Shown piece after piece: positions 23,056-35,399 of a stretch of 64,000 nucleotides of DNA. The stretch's first letter is position 1, and the number at the start of each line of letters is the position of its first letter. Both the position numbers and the translations under genes were made by a program. Source of the DNA: Octopus bimaculoides (Eukaryota); assembly GCF_001194135.2 (NCBI RefSeq), contig NC_068984.1, positions 29,734,800 to 29,798,799 on the forward strand, read 5' to 3'. Under the pieces are notes generated by a model. That model was not told the DNA's origin and did not search any database. It was given only the letters and a program-made list of their open reading frames with translations.

Positions 23056-25835
23056 TTTTTGGCCAAGTAAACACGCGCACGATACATTCGTTCTTCACTC
23101 GTTTGTTAATGTTTTTATTTTAACTGATGCCCTTTGCCCGGAAGTCTTCCGTCACTCATCTGTGACCTCTTCAGCGACCCTTTTTCGTCCTCGTGTATCC
23201 TTTTGCTCCGCATAGTCCATTCTATGCTATGATATGTATCATAATATGCGCATGCGTTTGCGTCTGAATCTGTGTGTGTGTGTTTGTGTGTGTGTATGTG
23301 TGCATGTGTGTATGTGTGTGTGCGTACGCGTGTATATGTGTTTCGCATTTTTTGTGTGTATATGTGCTTTCAGACTACACTGTTTATATCCATGGCCCTT
23401 ATATTGTCGTTATCATTGTTGTTCTTGGTGGTGTTTTTATCCTCCCTTCACCTACGTTTTCTCTTCTGTTGCTGCTGCTTATTTATCTCTATTTCTTATA
23501 TTCATCATAGATATGTGCTTGTGTGTCATTTAGGTGTGTATTACACAACCATGCCTACGACCTGACGTGATGCGTAATAGGCAGTTTGGATGTGGTATCT
23601 TTATACCCATACTTTGATATTGATTTTGCTGTTGAGAAATGTGTGGCGGTGATCAGTGTGAGCGATGTGAAGTTTCGTGCTGTCTCCACAGAAGAACTTG
23701 GCCTCCTCCTGAGACTCACATGTGACAAGGATTAATTAGATGAACATGACATTAGTTGTTTCTGTCCCACTAGATCGGTAAGAGGTAGACCCCGTACTAT
23801 AACCTCAATGGCCAAGAAGACCGCCTAAAGAGAGATGAAAAAGGCCGACTAGATCTATGCAGACCTCCCAAAACGATGATCAAGTTAAAAAGATGGTCAC
23901 ACATGCGGTGAATGCGTGTACCCGAGCCACACTTAAGTGCCACATTTAAGTTTAATAACAAGATATACGCTGAAGAGGAAGGTATAGCGTTCGATGTCAT
24001 TATTACTGGCGATGTTGCTAATCTATTTATAGTATGGTGGGATAAACTCAAAGGGAGATTAACAGAAAACTCCCTAACCGGTATGTGGATATCAACATAG
24101 TGGCCGAAGCACACTCACAAGACAATGTCGATGATCTAGAAGCTAGCACTATGGAGAGCATCCAACGAATATTTAACTCCATCCACCAGAGTATTAAAGT
24201 AACAATAGACTATCCTAACAAGTACCCGAACTATAAGGCTACCGGTTTTAGATACGGATCTCCGGTTGGAAACTAAGAATAGTAAGGTCCAGGTACTTCA
24301 TTCCACTTACGCCAAACCCATGGCCTCTAACGACCTGGTCCTCAAGGTCGCAGCTATTGCAGGCAACGCCAAGTCCAATATTCTAATAGCAGACTTGATG
24401 AGAGTGATTAGGAATGTGTCCTGTACATGCGAGCCTATAGAACTGGAAAGACACACAAAACTTCACCCACCGCATACAGTTCTCTGGCTACAAACAAAGA
24501 ATAGGATTAGAATGTACTAAAGAGCCAAGGCTAAGTACATGGCCATGATAGAGAGTGATGCAAATGGGGGTCTGCGCGTTACACTGGAGTAAATTCTGGA
24601 ACAGTACAGAAAGGACCAGGAAAAAGATAAATAAGGCCAACTGGTATGGCAACAAGAATTACCAGAGTGTCACGTTCGTCGATGCTACCCCTGGCGGCGA
24701 ATTAGCATACCTTTTTAGAAAAGCATTAGATAAGAAAAATCTACAGGTTAAAGTAATAGAAACGTCTGGAAGACCTATAAAATCCCTGAACCTATCCCTT
24801 CGAGAGGTCCTCGTGTACGGAGTACAATAGTATAATAGTAGGATGAAAGCACAGGTTAACTGTGAGATTAAGCTCAGAGTGTACTGAGGGACGAACAGAA
24901 ACAAGGCAACAACTTACATTTGAGAAAAAGCACTCAGCATCGGGGAGTGAATAGACAGCAACTGGTGGGAGCTCAAAAAGAAGTAATGCTCGTCAGTGCA
25001 CTACCAACATGCTTGAGCAGAACATAGAGGCTTCGTTAATATCATAGAGGTTAAGGTATTATCAGCACATAGAACTGACAAGATACTTAGATTATAAAGC
25101 CCACATACATAGTAATAGACAGATCGAGCCTCAACAGAAAACACGAATGGAACAATAACACCCCCACCACCACACCACACAGCACGACGACTAAAGACAA
25201 AAAGGAAAAAAAGACACAGGTACAAGCAGTGTAATACAATGAAAAGACAAACACACATACCTATGATAAATATAAGAAATAGAGATAAGTAGGTAAACAG
25301 AAACGTAAAACTATATAAAGGACACGGATACAAACAACATAGTCAGCAAACCCACATGCACAGACAAGCACAGAAAGATACAAAAACAATATCAAAAATA
25401 ACGGTCCACAACAGCAGCAGCAGCAGCAGCAAAAGAAGGGAAAACGTAGGTGAGGGGAGGGTCAAAGCACCACTAAGAACAACGACGATAACAACAATAT
25501 AAAGGTCACGGATATAAACAGTGTAGTGAGCATCCCTATAGACACACACATAAGCTCACACGAGAAACACATGAACACGCAAACGCACACAAACACGCAC
25601 GCGCATGCACGCACACAGATACAGACGCAATCGCATGCGCAGATAATGATACACATCATAGACGGACAAAATGGACTAAGCGGAGCAGGAGGATACGAGA
25701 GGAAGAAAAGGGTCACTGAAGAGGTCACAGATGTGTGACGAAAGATTTCCGGGCAATGGACATCAGTTAAAATAAAAAGAGTAATAAGCGAATGAAGAAC
25801 GAATATATCGTGCGTGTGTTTATTTGGCAAAAAAA
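23056..25835 (+). mobile_element. Penelope-like element with inverted pLTRs (left 23056-23547, right 25229-25835) flanking a 5'-truncated RT-GIY-YIG ORF remnant (23580-25020)
   Basis: GSLDVVSLYP...FKFNNKIYAEEEGIA...GDVANLF...DINIV...IHQSIKVTIDYP...YAKPMAS...ADLMRVIRNVS...FVDATPGGELA...VKVIETSG...EVLVY...LRVY*G. The terminal ~500 bp are recognisable reverse complements. Confidence 0.9.
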
Positions 25836-26264
25836 AGAAAAAAAAAAGGAACACTAACCTGAAATATAACAATATCTGTTTCAACACACGGTTTCACATG
25901 AGGTATCTTGCAACACAAGTTTATATATATATATATATATATATNNNNNNNNNNNNNNNNNNNNNNNNNNNNNNNNNNNNNNNNNNNNNNNNNNNNNNNN
26001 NNNNNNNNNNNNNNNNNNNNNNNNNNNNNNNNNNNNNNNNNNNNNNNNNNNNNNNNNNNNNNNNNNNNNNNNNNNNNNNNNNNNNNNNNNNNNNNNNNNN
26101 NNNNNNNNNNNNNNNNNNNNNNNNNNNNNNNNNNNNNNNNNNNNNNNNNNNNNNNNNNNNNNNNNNNNNNNNNNNNNNNNNNNNNNNNNNNNNNNNNNNN
26201 NNNNNNNNNNNNNNNNNNNNNNNNNNNNNNNNNNNNNNNNNNNNNNNNNNNNNNNNNNNNNNNT

Positions 26265-26311
<47 letters not shown>

Positions 26312-26553
26312 ATGTGGAAATGCTTCAGCAAGTAGGAAAGCACCCGATCAGATATGAGATGAAGTATAATCGTAATATATATATAAAAAGAAAATGCAAC
26401 AGAAATCATATAATTACAGCTATCCAGGGTTTTCTGGTCAAAATAATAATATATTCTGCTATTTATCAAGCTGAAAATAAGACCGTTTGTCAGTTGTCCT
26501 TTAAGCAAATAACTTTTAAAAAGAGACGCTTGTAAAGAAGGAGACATACATGT

Positions 26554-26590
<37 letters not shown>

Positions 26591-27035
26591 TCCATAAATA
26601 TGCATATGTGTGTGTGTCATTAATATAAATCGGTTAAAAAGATACAGAGGAGGGTTGCTGAAGTCAATGGACTTCTCGTCGGTCCTTACTCGCTGTGTCC
26701 CAAGCACTTCACTTGGCATCACTACATCTTTCGTCTGCTTCTTTACACTTATGATTGAATTTCCTCCATTGGCTTCATCGGCCCAGGGAATAATTAAGCT
26801 AATTAGTTTACTGCTCTGCTGTTTATAATTGCATCTGCCGGACCACCCAGCTATTTTAGTCAAGTATGATCAGACAACCGTTCATGAATACGCTAATATT
26901 TTGCTAATCTGGGACGATGAATATTCTTCTTAGTTTTCATACGAACATTTTTCTAGTCTATATAACACATGATATGTATATATATATATATATAATTGTT
27001 TTTATTATAACTAAGCTTAAAATCAAAATGTATAC

Positions 27036-27072
<37 letters not shown>

Positions 27073-27552
27073 TATANNNNNNNNNNNNNNNNNNNNNNNN
27101 NNNNNNNNNNNNNNNNNNNNNNNNNNNNNNNNNNNNNNNNNNNNNNNNNNNNNNNNNNNNNNNNNNNNNNNNNNNNNNNNNNNNNNNNNNNNNNNNNNNN
27201 NNNNNNNNNNNNNNNNNNNNNNNNNNNNNNNNNNNNNNNNNNNNNNNNNNNNNNNNNNNNNNNNNNNNNNNNNNNNNNNNNNNNNNNNNNNNNNNNNNNN
27301 NNNNNNNNNNNNNNNNNNNNNNNNNNNNNNNNNNNNNNNNNNNNNNNNNNNNNNNNNNNNNNNNNNNNNNNNNNNNNNNNNNNNNNNNNNNNNNNNNNNN
27401 NNNNNNNNNNNNNNNNNNNNNNNNNNNNNNNNNNNNNNNNNNNNNNNNNNNNNNNNNNNNNNNNNNNNNNNNNNNNNNNNNNNNNNNNNNNNNNNNNNNN
27501 NNNNNNNNNNNNNNNNNNNNNNNNNNNNNNNNNNNNNNNNNNNNNNNNNNNN

Positions 27553-27604
<52 letters not shown>

Positions 27605-30450
27605 GAATATAAATGTAAAATGTAGAAATATAAAAATGTTCTGCTAAATATGGCTTCTTAATTTCTTTGCCAACGTGTAAAAAGAGAAAGAGACATCAGA
27701 GAAATTGTAAGGAGATAAAGAATAAACATAAGTAAAATGTAACTATTTTTGTTGAGCTACCACAGTTTTATTTTGCCAACAGTAATCAAAACAAAAAAAA
27801 TTTGGCATAATTGTGCTTTATATTTCGCAGAGGTCAATGAACTAAATTTGTTCTAGGAGTGACCATGGCGTTTAAGATTTTTTTTCAGAAATGATATATT
27901 TAGGTCTGTACTATCCAGTGTGCCCATCCCTGTTATAAAACGGTAGAAAATGATATGATGTCTATTTGGCTAAAATTTGGTGCGTTATAAGCAACCACAT
28001 AGAGCGCCCTTCCGTTGGTTCTTGGTTTTTACATGATAAAAACGCTCTCTATTGATATTGATACAAAAAAAAAAAAATCAGAGCAGATCGATCACGATTT
28101 GTAATGTATTTCACTAACTTTTTATTTGATATCAAACAATCGCTTTACGACATGAAAGCAGAAACTGCGCATGTTTTTGTTGTCATATTGATCACAAAAT
28201 AAAAGATCCTTTCTATAAGATGTAACTTATATCAAGGTTACACTGTAGAAATTTCCATGTAACCTTGATTACACTTGCTAAACATGAAAAAGAGAAATAT
28301 TAGTTGCATGATGTTTTTAAACATTTATATATTTCTCTGACTTTATCTGATATATTCTTAATTAAGTACAGATTTCATGTCTGCTGTTATGAATCTTGTT
28401 TATACATGTGAGTTTCTCTAATTAGCTATTAATTATGCAACAAGAAACCCAATAACAGGCTTGTCAGCTGGAGTTCTGTTTTTCTTTTGTTTCCGCATCG
28501 CCTGAACGTTCCCATATGACCAAGAACAACATAAAACTGACGTAACAAGAACAGATCGATATTAAATACATTAACAATAAGTAAAATTATTGTGAAAGCT
28601 GACTACTTCTACGATAAACAGGTTTATACTTTTTTTTTTCATTCCACGTATATGTACGATAAACAGAGTCAATTATTTCACCTTTCCTGGTTAATAGAAT
28701 TCATGAGCCAACGAGAGGAAAGTCAATGTGGTCATTTAATCAGCTAGAATTAAAGACTAAATCTCCCTCAAATGACAACCTGCCTTTTTAAAAAAAGGTG
28801 AAACACGTGAAGATAATGTAATGCTAAATAAATTACGTCTGAAAGAGATACTGGAAAATCATGGATGAAGTGTATTTGATCATAGGTCTGCTCTATCAGA
28901 GCTGATCTGGAGTAACCCCGCCACCGCTGATACCAATAACAAAAAGAATAACTAAAACATCAACTGCAGCAACTTGAACTCTTACTAATAGGTGCATTAG
29001 GACTGACAATAAAAAGGGAAACGGCGTTGACGTATTTATTTCGTGTACGTTCTTAAAGGGGAAATAAGCAAAACTACTATAACCAACTGAGATATGTTTA
29101 TAAACTTTAACTGCTTGAAGCTTGAAGATTTCTACAAAAGATGTTAACTGCTAGAAATATGAAGATACGTAGAATATATTTCACCCTCACTACACGTTAT
29201 CTGAGAGGTTCCTGTGGGGTCTTTTCTTGCCTCGAGAAACCGTTGAAATCTTGAATAATTCAAAGCTGACGGCTGAATAGAGAGAGAATTCCAGTGGGTT
29301 GTTACATCAGGAAGGAAAATTAATAAACTAGTTATTTCTAGAGCAGAGGGTGTGGAGTGAATTTGTGAGATAAAAGAAGGTGAGGCTATTGGGTTTCAGT
29401 TAGAGGTGCACTCAGCCATCTATAAGAAGCATAGTCGATTATGTGAATGGCAGAAATCACAGTGGAGACAGTACAACAGATATTCCAAATAACATATAAT
29501 TTACAATTGATCCAGACGCGACACATATGCCCATAAACGTTACCGTCTCAAACACACTAAACAAAATATGGATTCACCTGGAGTTATCCACTAGAATATG
29601 TTTATCTCTAACTACGATGAAAACAAAACAACCATTGGGTATCTGGAGTTTCATTCAGGGTTTCTATCACTTGACAAAACTTTTTCTAAGGATATTGTAG
29701 AATCCTTCTGTCAGCCATTACTGAACCCTGAATATTGTAACAAATCTGCTGATAAAACACCACACTTGTCTTGTTCTTCCAAGTTTTCACTGTACAAGCA
29801 CAAGATATATCAGCCTACTCTCAACTTCTGGCATACAATAGTTTCATAATGAAATGTTCATAGGTGTTATGTACGGAAGCTTCTTCCGATAAAATCAACC
29901 AGGATAAGGACGAATCCTAATTGTGTAATATCCACTGTATTCAAAATTCTATCCTTAGTAATTCTTCTCATTCGGTTTTGACGCCATACGTAACAAGCAC
30001 AAACAATAAGAATACATATATGAGAGTCAATCTCAAGCAACAAAATTTTTCTACACCTTCCCACACTTTTCCTATATTTCTAACATCTCAAAGTCGATAA
30101 AATGGTTTGGCATATATAAACAACATTTTATCACCTTGAATCATTCCATCATCTTGGTGATAAAAAAAAAAACCCAACATATTTTGTTGTTTAAAATATA
30201 GAACGGCTTATTTTCCCACACTAAGACCTTTGCTCTCTCCTTTGAGAACGTCAACGAAAGCAACATGTTCCTTGCTATATGAAATTTTGTCTAACCTGGA
30301 AACATCTCACCTACGATAGCTCTTAGGGATCAAAATGTTGCCTGTTTAGGTAACTCAATTGCTGCATACGTTAACGATATCCGTATTCTATCAAATCTTT
30401 TTGGTTGATTATCACACTGTGTAAGACAGCGACTGTAATAATCTTTTATA

Positions 30451-30642
30451 TACTATAGGCGCAAAGCCTGAACTTGTGAGGGAGTGGGGCTAGTCGATTA
30501 CATTGACTCCAGCACTAAAATGGCACTTTTTTCATCGACGGTGATTGGAAGAATGGCGAATTTGAACTCAGAACGTAAAGACGGATGAAATTCCGCTAAG
30601 CATTTTATCTGTCGTACTATCTATTCTGCCAGCGTTCCGCCC
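30451..30642 (-). mobile_element. SINE A, diverged
   Basis: gaatttgaactcagaacgtaaagacggatgaaattccgctaagcatttt...attctgccagc. Confidence 0.75.
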
Positions 30643-31810
30643 AAAGTTACCCAAAAGAAAAAAGTAATTTAATATAATATAATATATGTATATATACACA
30701 CATGCACACACAAATATATATATATATGTATATATATATACATATATAATAATATAGATTTAATCAAAAGATTAAATGTGATACTTAAAATGTTTGAGGC
30801 ACCAGAATTTGGTAGGGTAAAAACCAAAAACAAAATCAAGAGATTTGGTGAATAAAATTTGAAGTTAAGCAACAAAAATTCAATAGGTTATAGCAGTACG
30901 TACGTTTCGTACAAGCTTCATTTATTCATGGAGTGAGAACACCACATAGAATTTACAATGAAAATGTACTCCTCAGCTGCATAATGGAATTTCCTTTTAG
31001 AAAGTCATTTTGAAGATGTTTGCAAAAAACAAGAGTAAGAGAAGAAAGCATACCATCTCGACTATGCTGCTGTTTAACANNNNNNNNNNNNNNNNNNNNN
31101 NNNNNNNNNNNNNNNNNNNNNNNNNNNNNNNNNNNNNNNNNNNNNNNNNNNNNNNNNNNNNNNNNNNNNNNNNNNNNNNNNNNNNNNNNNNNNNNNNNNN
31201 NNNNNNNNNNNNNNNNNNNNNNNNNNNNNNNNNNNNNNNNNNNNNNNNNNNNNNNNNNNNNNNNNNNNNNNNNNNNNNNNNNNNNNNNNNNNNNNNNNNN
31301 NNNNNNNNNNNNNNNNNNNNNNNNNNNNNNNNNNNNNNNNNNNNNNNNNNNNNNNNNNNNNNNNNNNNNNNNNNNNNNNNNNNNNNNNNNNNNNNNNNNN
31401 NNNNNNNNNNNNNNNNNNNNNNNNNNNNNNNNNNNNNNNNNNNNNNNNNNNNNNNNNNNNNNNNNNNNNNNNNNNNNNNNNNNNNNNNNNNNNNNNNNNN
31501 NNNNNNNNNNNNNNNNNNNNNNNNNNNNNNNNNNNNNNNNNNNNNNNNNNNNNNNNNNNNNNNNNNNNNNNNNNNNNNNNNNNNNNNNNNNNNNNNNNNN
31601 NNNNNNNNNNNNNNNNNNNNNNNNNNNNNNNNNNNNNNNNNNNNNNNNNNNNNNNNNNNNNNNNNNNNNNNNNNNNNNNNNNNNNNNNNNNNNNNNNNNN
31701 NNNNNNNNNNNNNNNNNNNNNNNNNNNNNNNNNNNNNNNNNNNNNNNNNNNNNNNNNNNNNNNNNNNNNNNNNNNNNNNNNNNNNNNNNNNNNNNNNNNN
31801 NNNNNNNNNN

Positions 31811-31854
<44 letters not shown>

Positions 31855-33217
31855 ATGTGTACATATATATATGAATATATGTTTCTATGTATCTAGAGTT
31901 AAAATATAAAAACTTATTAACCTATCTATAATTTATAGCCACGGCACACACTCCTGTGTACATGACACAGGCCTTTCCTATTTGCTAATCACCCATACGC
32001 ATAGCTGCAAGTACATCACGCACGTCGGATCTACACTGCATTCATAAAAAGAGATCTCAAAAACTAATGTCATTATGACAAATTGCTTTTCTTCAAAAGC
32101 ACCATGATAATATCAATACAAATATTATCCTAATAAACTAATTTCCAATGCTTAGCACATAGTCTGTGATAATGTTTCATACTGACCACGCATTACATGA
32201 ACTCACCCCCATTTGATCACTACAAAGTGCGTATCATCATTTAGATACACCTCAGGAAATGTTGGACGTTGTCGCTCTCACAAATGCACAGACACGTCAG
32301 TGAGAACGTCAGATGGCACGCCAGCAGGCACGCGAGTGGGTCTGCCAGTGGACATGGCAGTGGGTACACTTGAGTAGGCACGTTTAAAATTCAGTCATCC
32401 GATTATAAATGCAAAGATCCTTTCTAGCTCCTTATTCAAAATTTTATTACGTTTTCAGAATTATACTTGTTTGGTAAATGATTTAAAGTGACCGCGTGTA
32501 GAAGAGGAAACGATACGCCAAAAGACACACGGGAGTCACTTAAAACAGGAATGTCATTACTTTTATTACATATATTTTTTTGTTATAGTAATATATAGCA
32601 TATAACAGTATTGAGTATAATAATTTCGAGATCGTATTATATACTATAAAATGTAAAACAATTGTTCGTATATCTAGGACGGACCGGGTTACTGAATCAT
32701 ATCCTCTGCATCGAGGCGAAATTAGATGTTACCAAGTTTGTATAATTTCATGTAGAGGAAATACAAACAAGCATGCTCACATATAAATTTCCAATAATAA
32801 TATCCATCAAAGATCAACCTACCAAAGCTCTAACCGAACTACCATCTTCTTCCCCAAGACAGCTGCCCATGATCATAAGGAAATAATGGCTACATATATA
32901 AAATTGCGATATAAAACTCATTAACCGCTTCTATAATCAAAAGGAAATGAAATTAAGATATTGGAATGTATTCTTTTCTTCGAATCAGATAAATAGAACA
33001 GATAAAGGGACAGACAAACAATTTTTCTTCACGGTTTATACGAAACGGCCAACAGCTAACTTCCAGTAGACACAAAAGAAGTGTATCAGTGATTAGGTCA
33101 TAGGTGTACGACGAAGCCTTTTGATAATTTATAGTATAAATAATATAACTACAGTCAATGTAACGGAATAAGCGTATTTTATATGACTATCATCAATGTT
33201 CCACGGCGTAATTCTTA

Positions 33218-33340
33218 TTCTTTCACTGATTTTAGTTATTGACCTCGGCCATGCTGGGACACCGACTTCAAGAGGTTTAATCGATCATATCGCCTTCACT
33301 ACATATTTCGGTCTGATACTCATTATAATGATCTCTATTT
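33218..33340 (-). mobile_element. SINE family C 3' fragment
   Basis: ttgacctcggccatgctgggacaccgacttcaag, reverse complement of the 7150-7200 type tail. Confidence 0.5.
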
Positions 33341-34685
33341 ATCAAAAAGTAAAGTTATCGCTTTTTTATGCATAATGGACGGTAAAATATACCGTTTATT
33401 CAAACAAGAAAAGACACTGCTGCTGCCTTCACACACATACATATACATACAAACATACATACATACATAAATACATACATACAAAGAAAGAGGTAGAGAG
33501 AGAGAGAGAGAGAGAGAGACAGTCAGGCTCACGCAGGCACACATACATACATGGAAATCTATCTATCTATCAGTCTATCCATCCCTCAATGAAGCAATCA
33601 ATCAATCAATCACTCTATCTATCTATCTACCTACCTACACACACACATATATAAGTATATATATATATANNNNNNNNNNNNNNNNNNNNNNNNNNNNNNN
33701 NNNNNNNNNNNNNNNNNNNNNNNNNNNNNNNNNNNNNNNNNNNNNNNNNNNNNNNNNNNNNNNNNNNNNNNNNNNNNNNNNNNNNNNNNNNNNNNNNNNN
33801 NNNNNNNNNNNNNNNNNNNNNNNNNNATATATATATATATATATATATAGATAGATAGATAGATATAGATATACATAAACACACACATATATTTGAAAGT
33901 TGAAATATCACACATTATTGCTGGTTCGGAAACTTGTGAAAGTGAAACATGAAATATGTTATATAACTTATAATACTATAGAAATATTTGAATATCATAG
34001 CAGTACGATAGAAAATTTTTGATAAAGACGTGCTGTCATATGAACCGGGAGAAGATTGAGAAGCTTAGAATGGTAGGGGCCTGAATGTATTTAGAAAAGC
34101 ATATAAACTGTTGACAATTGTGAGACTGGTACATTCCAATTTTTCTTTTTGTTTTTGTATTCGCTTAAAGATCGGCAAGAAGTCATTGGAAATAATGATT
34201 TCTGAAGCTTCAGCTGCCAGTAAATTGTCACATTCTTTCAATATTGCATATACAATTTGCTTTCTTTCCTTCACACTTATTTATCTAAATGTGACTTCTC
34301 CCACACTTCTACTCCCCATTGTCTCACTCTCTAGATATATGTGTGTGTGTGTGTGTGCATGTGTATGTTTATATATGTATATGTATACATGTGTGTGTGT
34401 GTGTGCGTGTACGTATATACGTATCTTTATAGATACACACATGCAGAGACAGACAAGCATACAGACAGACGGAGAAATAAAATTGGTAGTCACGAAACAT
34501 AATTGTTTCATTGCAATGAGCAAAGGAAAATAAGATGCAAAGAAGTTAGTTTTTTGCACTAAATCTTAATGCATCAAGTAATATTTGAAAATTATCACAG
34601 AATTGTAAAATTTGATCTTAATTTGACCTTAATTGACCTTGATGTGACACTCCCATGAAGGTAATAATACTACACCTATTTAGCC

Positions 34686-34943
34686 CTAGGAAGCAGCACC
34701 GCTACCTGTCGGCCTTGGCACATTTCCTGTGTCCTTACGTATACAAGGGGGAGACAAGCACCTTCACCCAGCTAAGCCTGCATCCAAGACATGTTTCTGA
34801 GACTTTGCTCGTCATCAGTCTAGGGTAGCAATGGCCTACTAGTTGGAGATGCCTGTCAAGCTCGCGTAAACATATAATAATTCTAGTGAAACACATTCAC
34901 AGGAAATGTGTCAAGGTCGACCGGAAGCAGTGCTGCTTCCTAG
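34686..34943. mobile_element. 258-bp element with 46-bp terminal inverted repeats enclosing a hammerhead-like core
   Basis: 34686-34731 versus the reverse complement of 34898-34943: 41/46 identical, both ends CTAG. No clear target-site duplication. Confidence 0.75.
34784..34825 (-). ncRNA. degenerate minimal type I hammerhead ribozyme
   Basis: Minus strand ccctaga-CTGATGA-cGAG-caaagt-CTCa-GAAAC-AT-GTC-ttgg: both catalytic boxes, palindromic ACATGT stem III and GUC triplet are present. Stem II has a C.A mismatch and stem I is imperfect. Confidence 0.55.
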
Positions 34944-35399
34944 TATCGATTAGTATTTAATATCAATGACTACTTGGAGTTGTAACTCACGCTGTAAATT
35001 CCCCCGATGAGTAATTCCGTATTCGCCTCACTTGATGGCAATGTTATCTGGAGTGTATATTAACAATAGTTATAACGATAGGTAATATGGTGACTGTGAC
35101 ATCCTCAACATTTATTTCTTTGTATTTTACAATGTTTTACAACATATTTTTAATGTTAAAAATGAAGTGTATGACATTGTAATATACAAGGGAATAAATT
35201 TTCAGGGTACACCAGTCTCCATATTCTCTATCGCTTTAATTATTGAACCCCCCCACACACACACACACACAAACGCACACGCTTGACATATTACTGTTGT
35301 TTATGTTTCTTTTGAATTTCTCCTAATAGTTATAAATAATTTTGTTTTGTTTTTTTTTTGTTTTCGTTAATCTGTCCCTACTATTTGCGTTTTAGAAAA

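Noticed and set aside
26516-26863. 115-aa minus ORF (…PWADEANGGNSIISVKKQTKDVVMPSEVLG…) and overlapping 72-aa plus ORF
   Set aside because: Runs into microsatellite, with no clear splice pair or homology recognised.
29598-29849. 83-aa ORF MFISNYDENKTT...
   Set aside because: No motif or splice support; this length is expected by chance in 64 kb.
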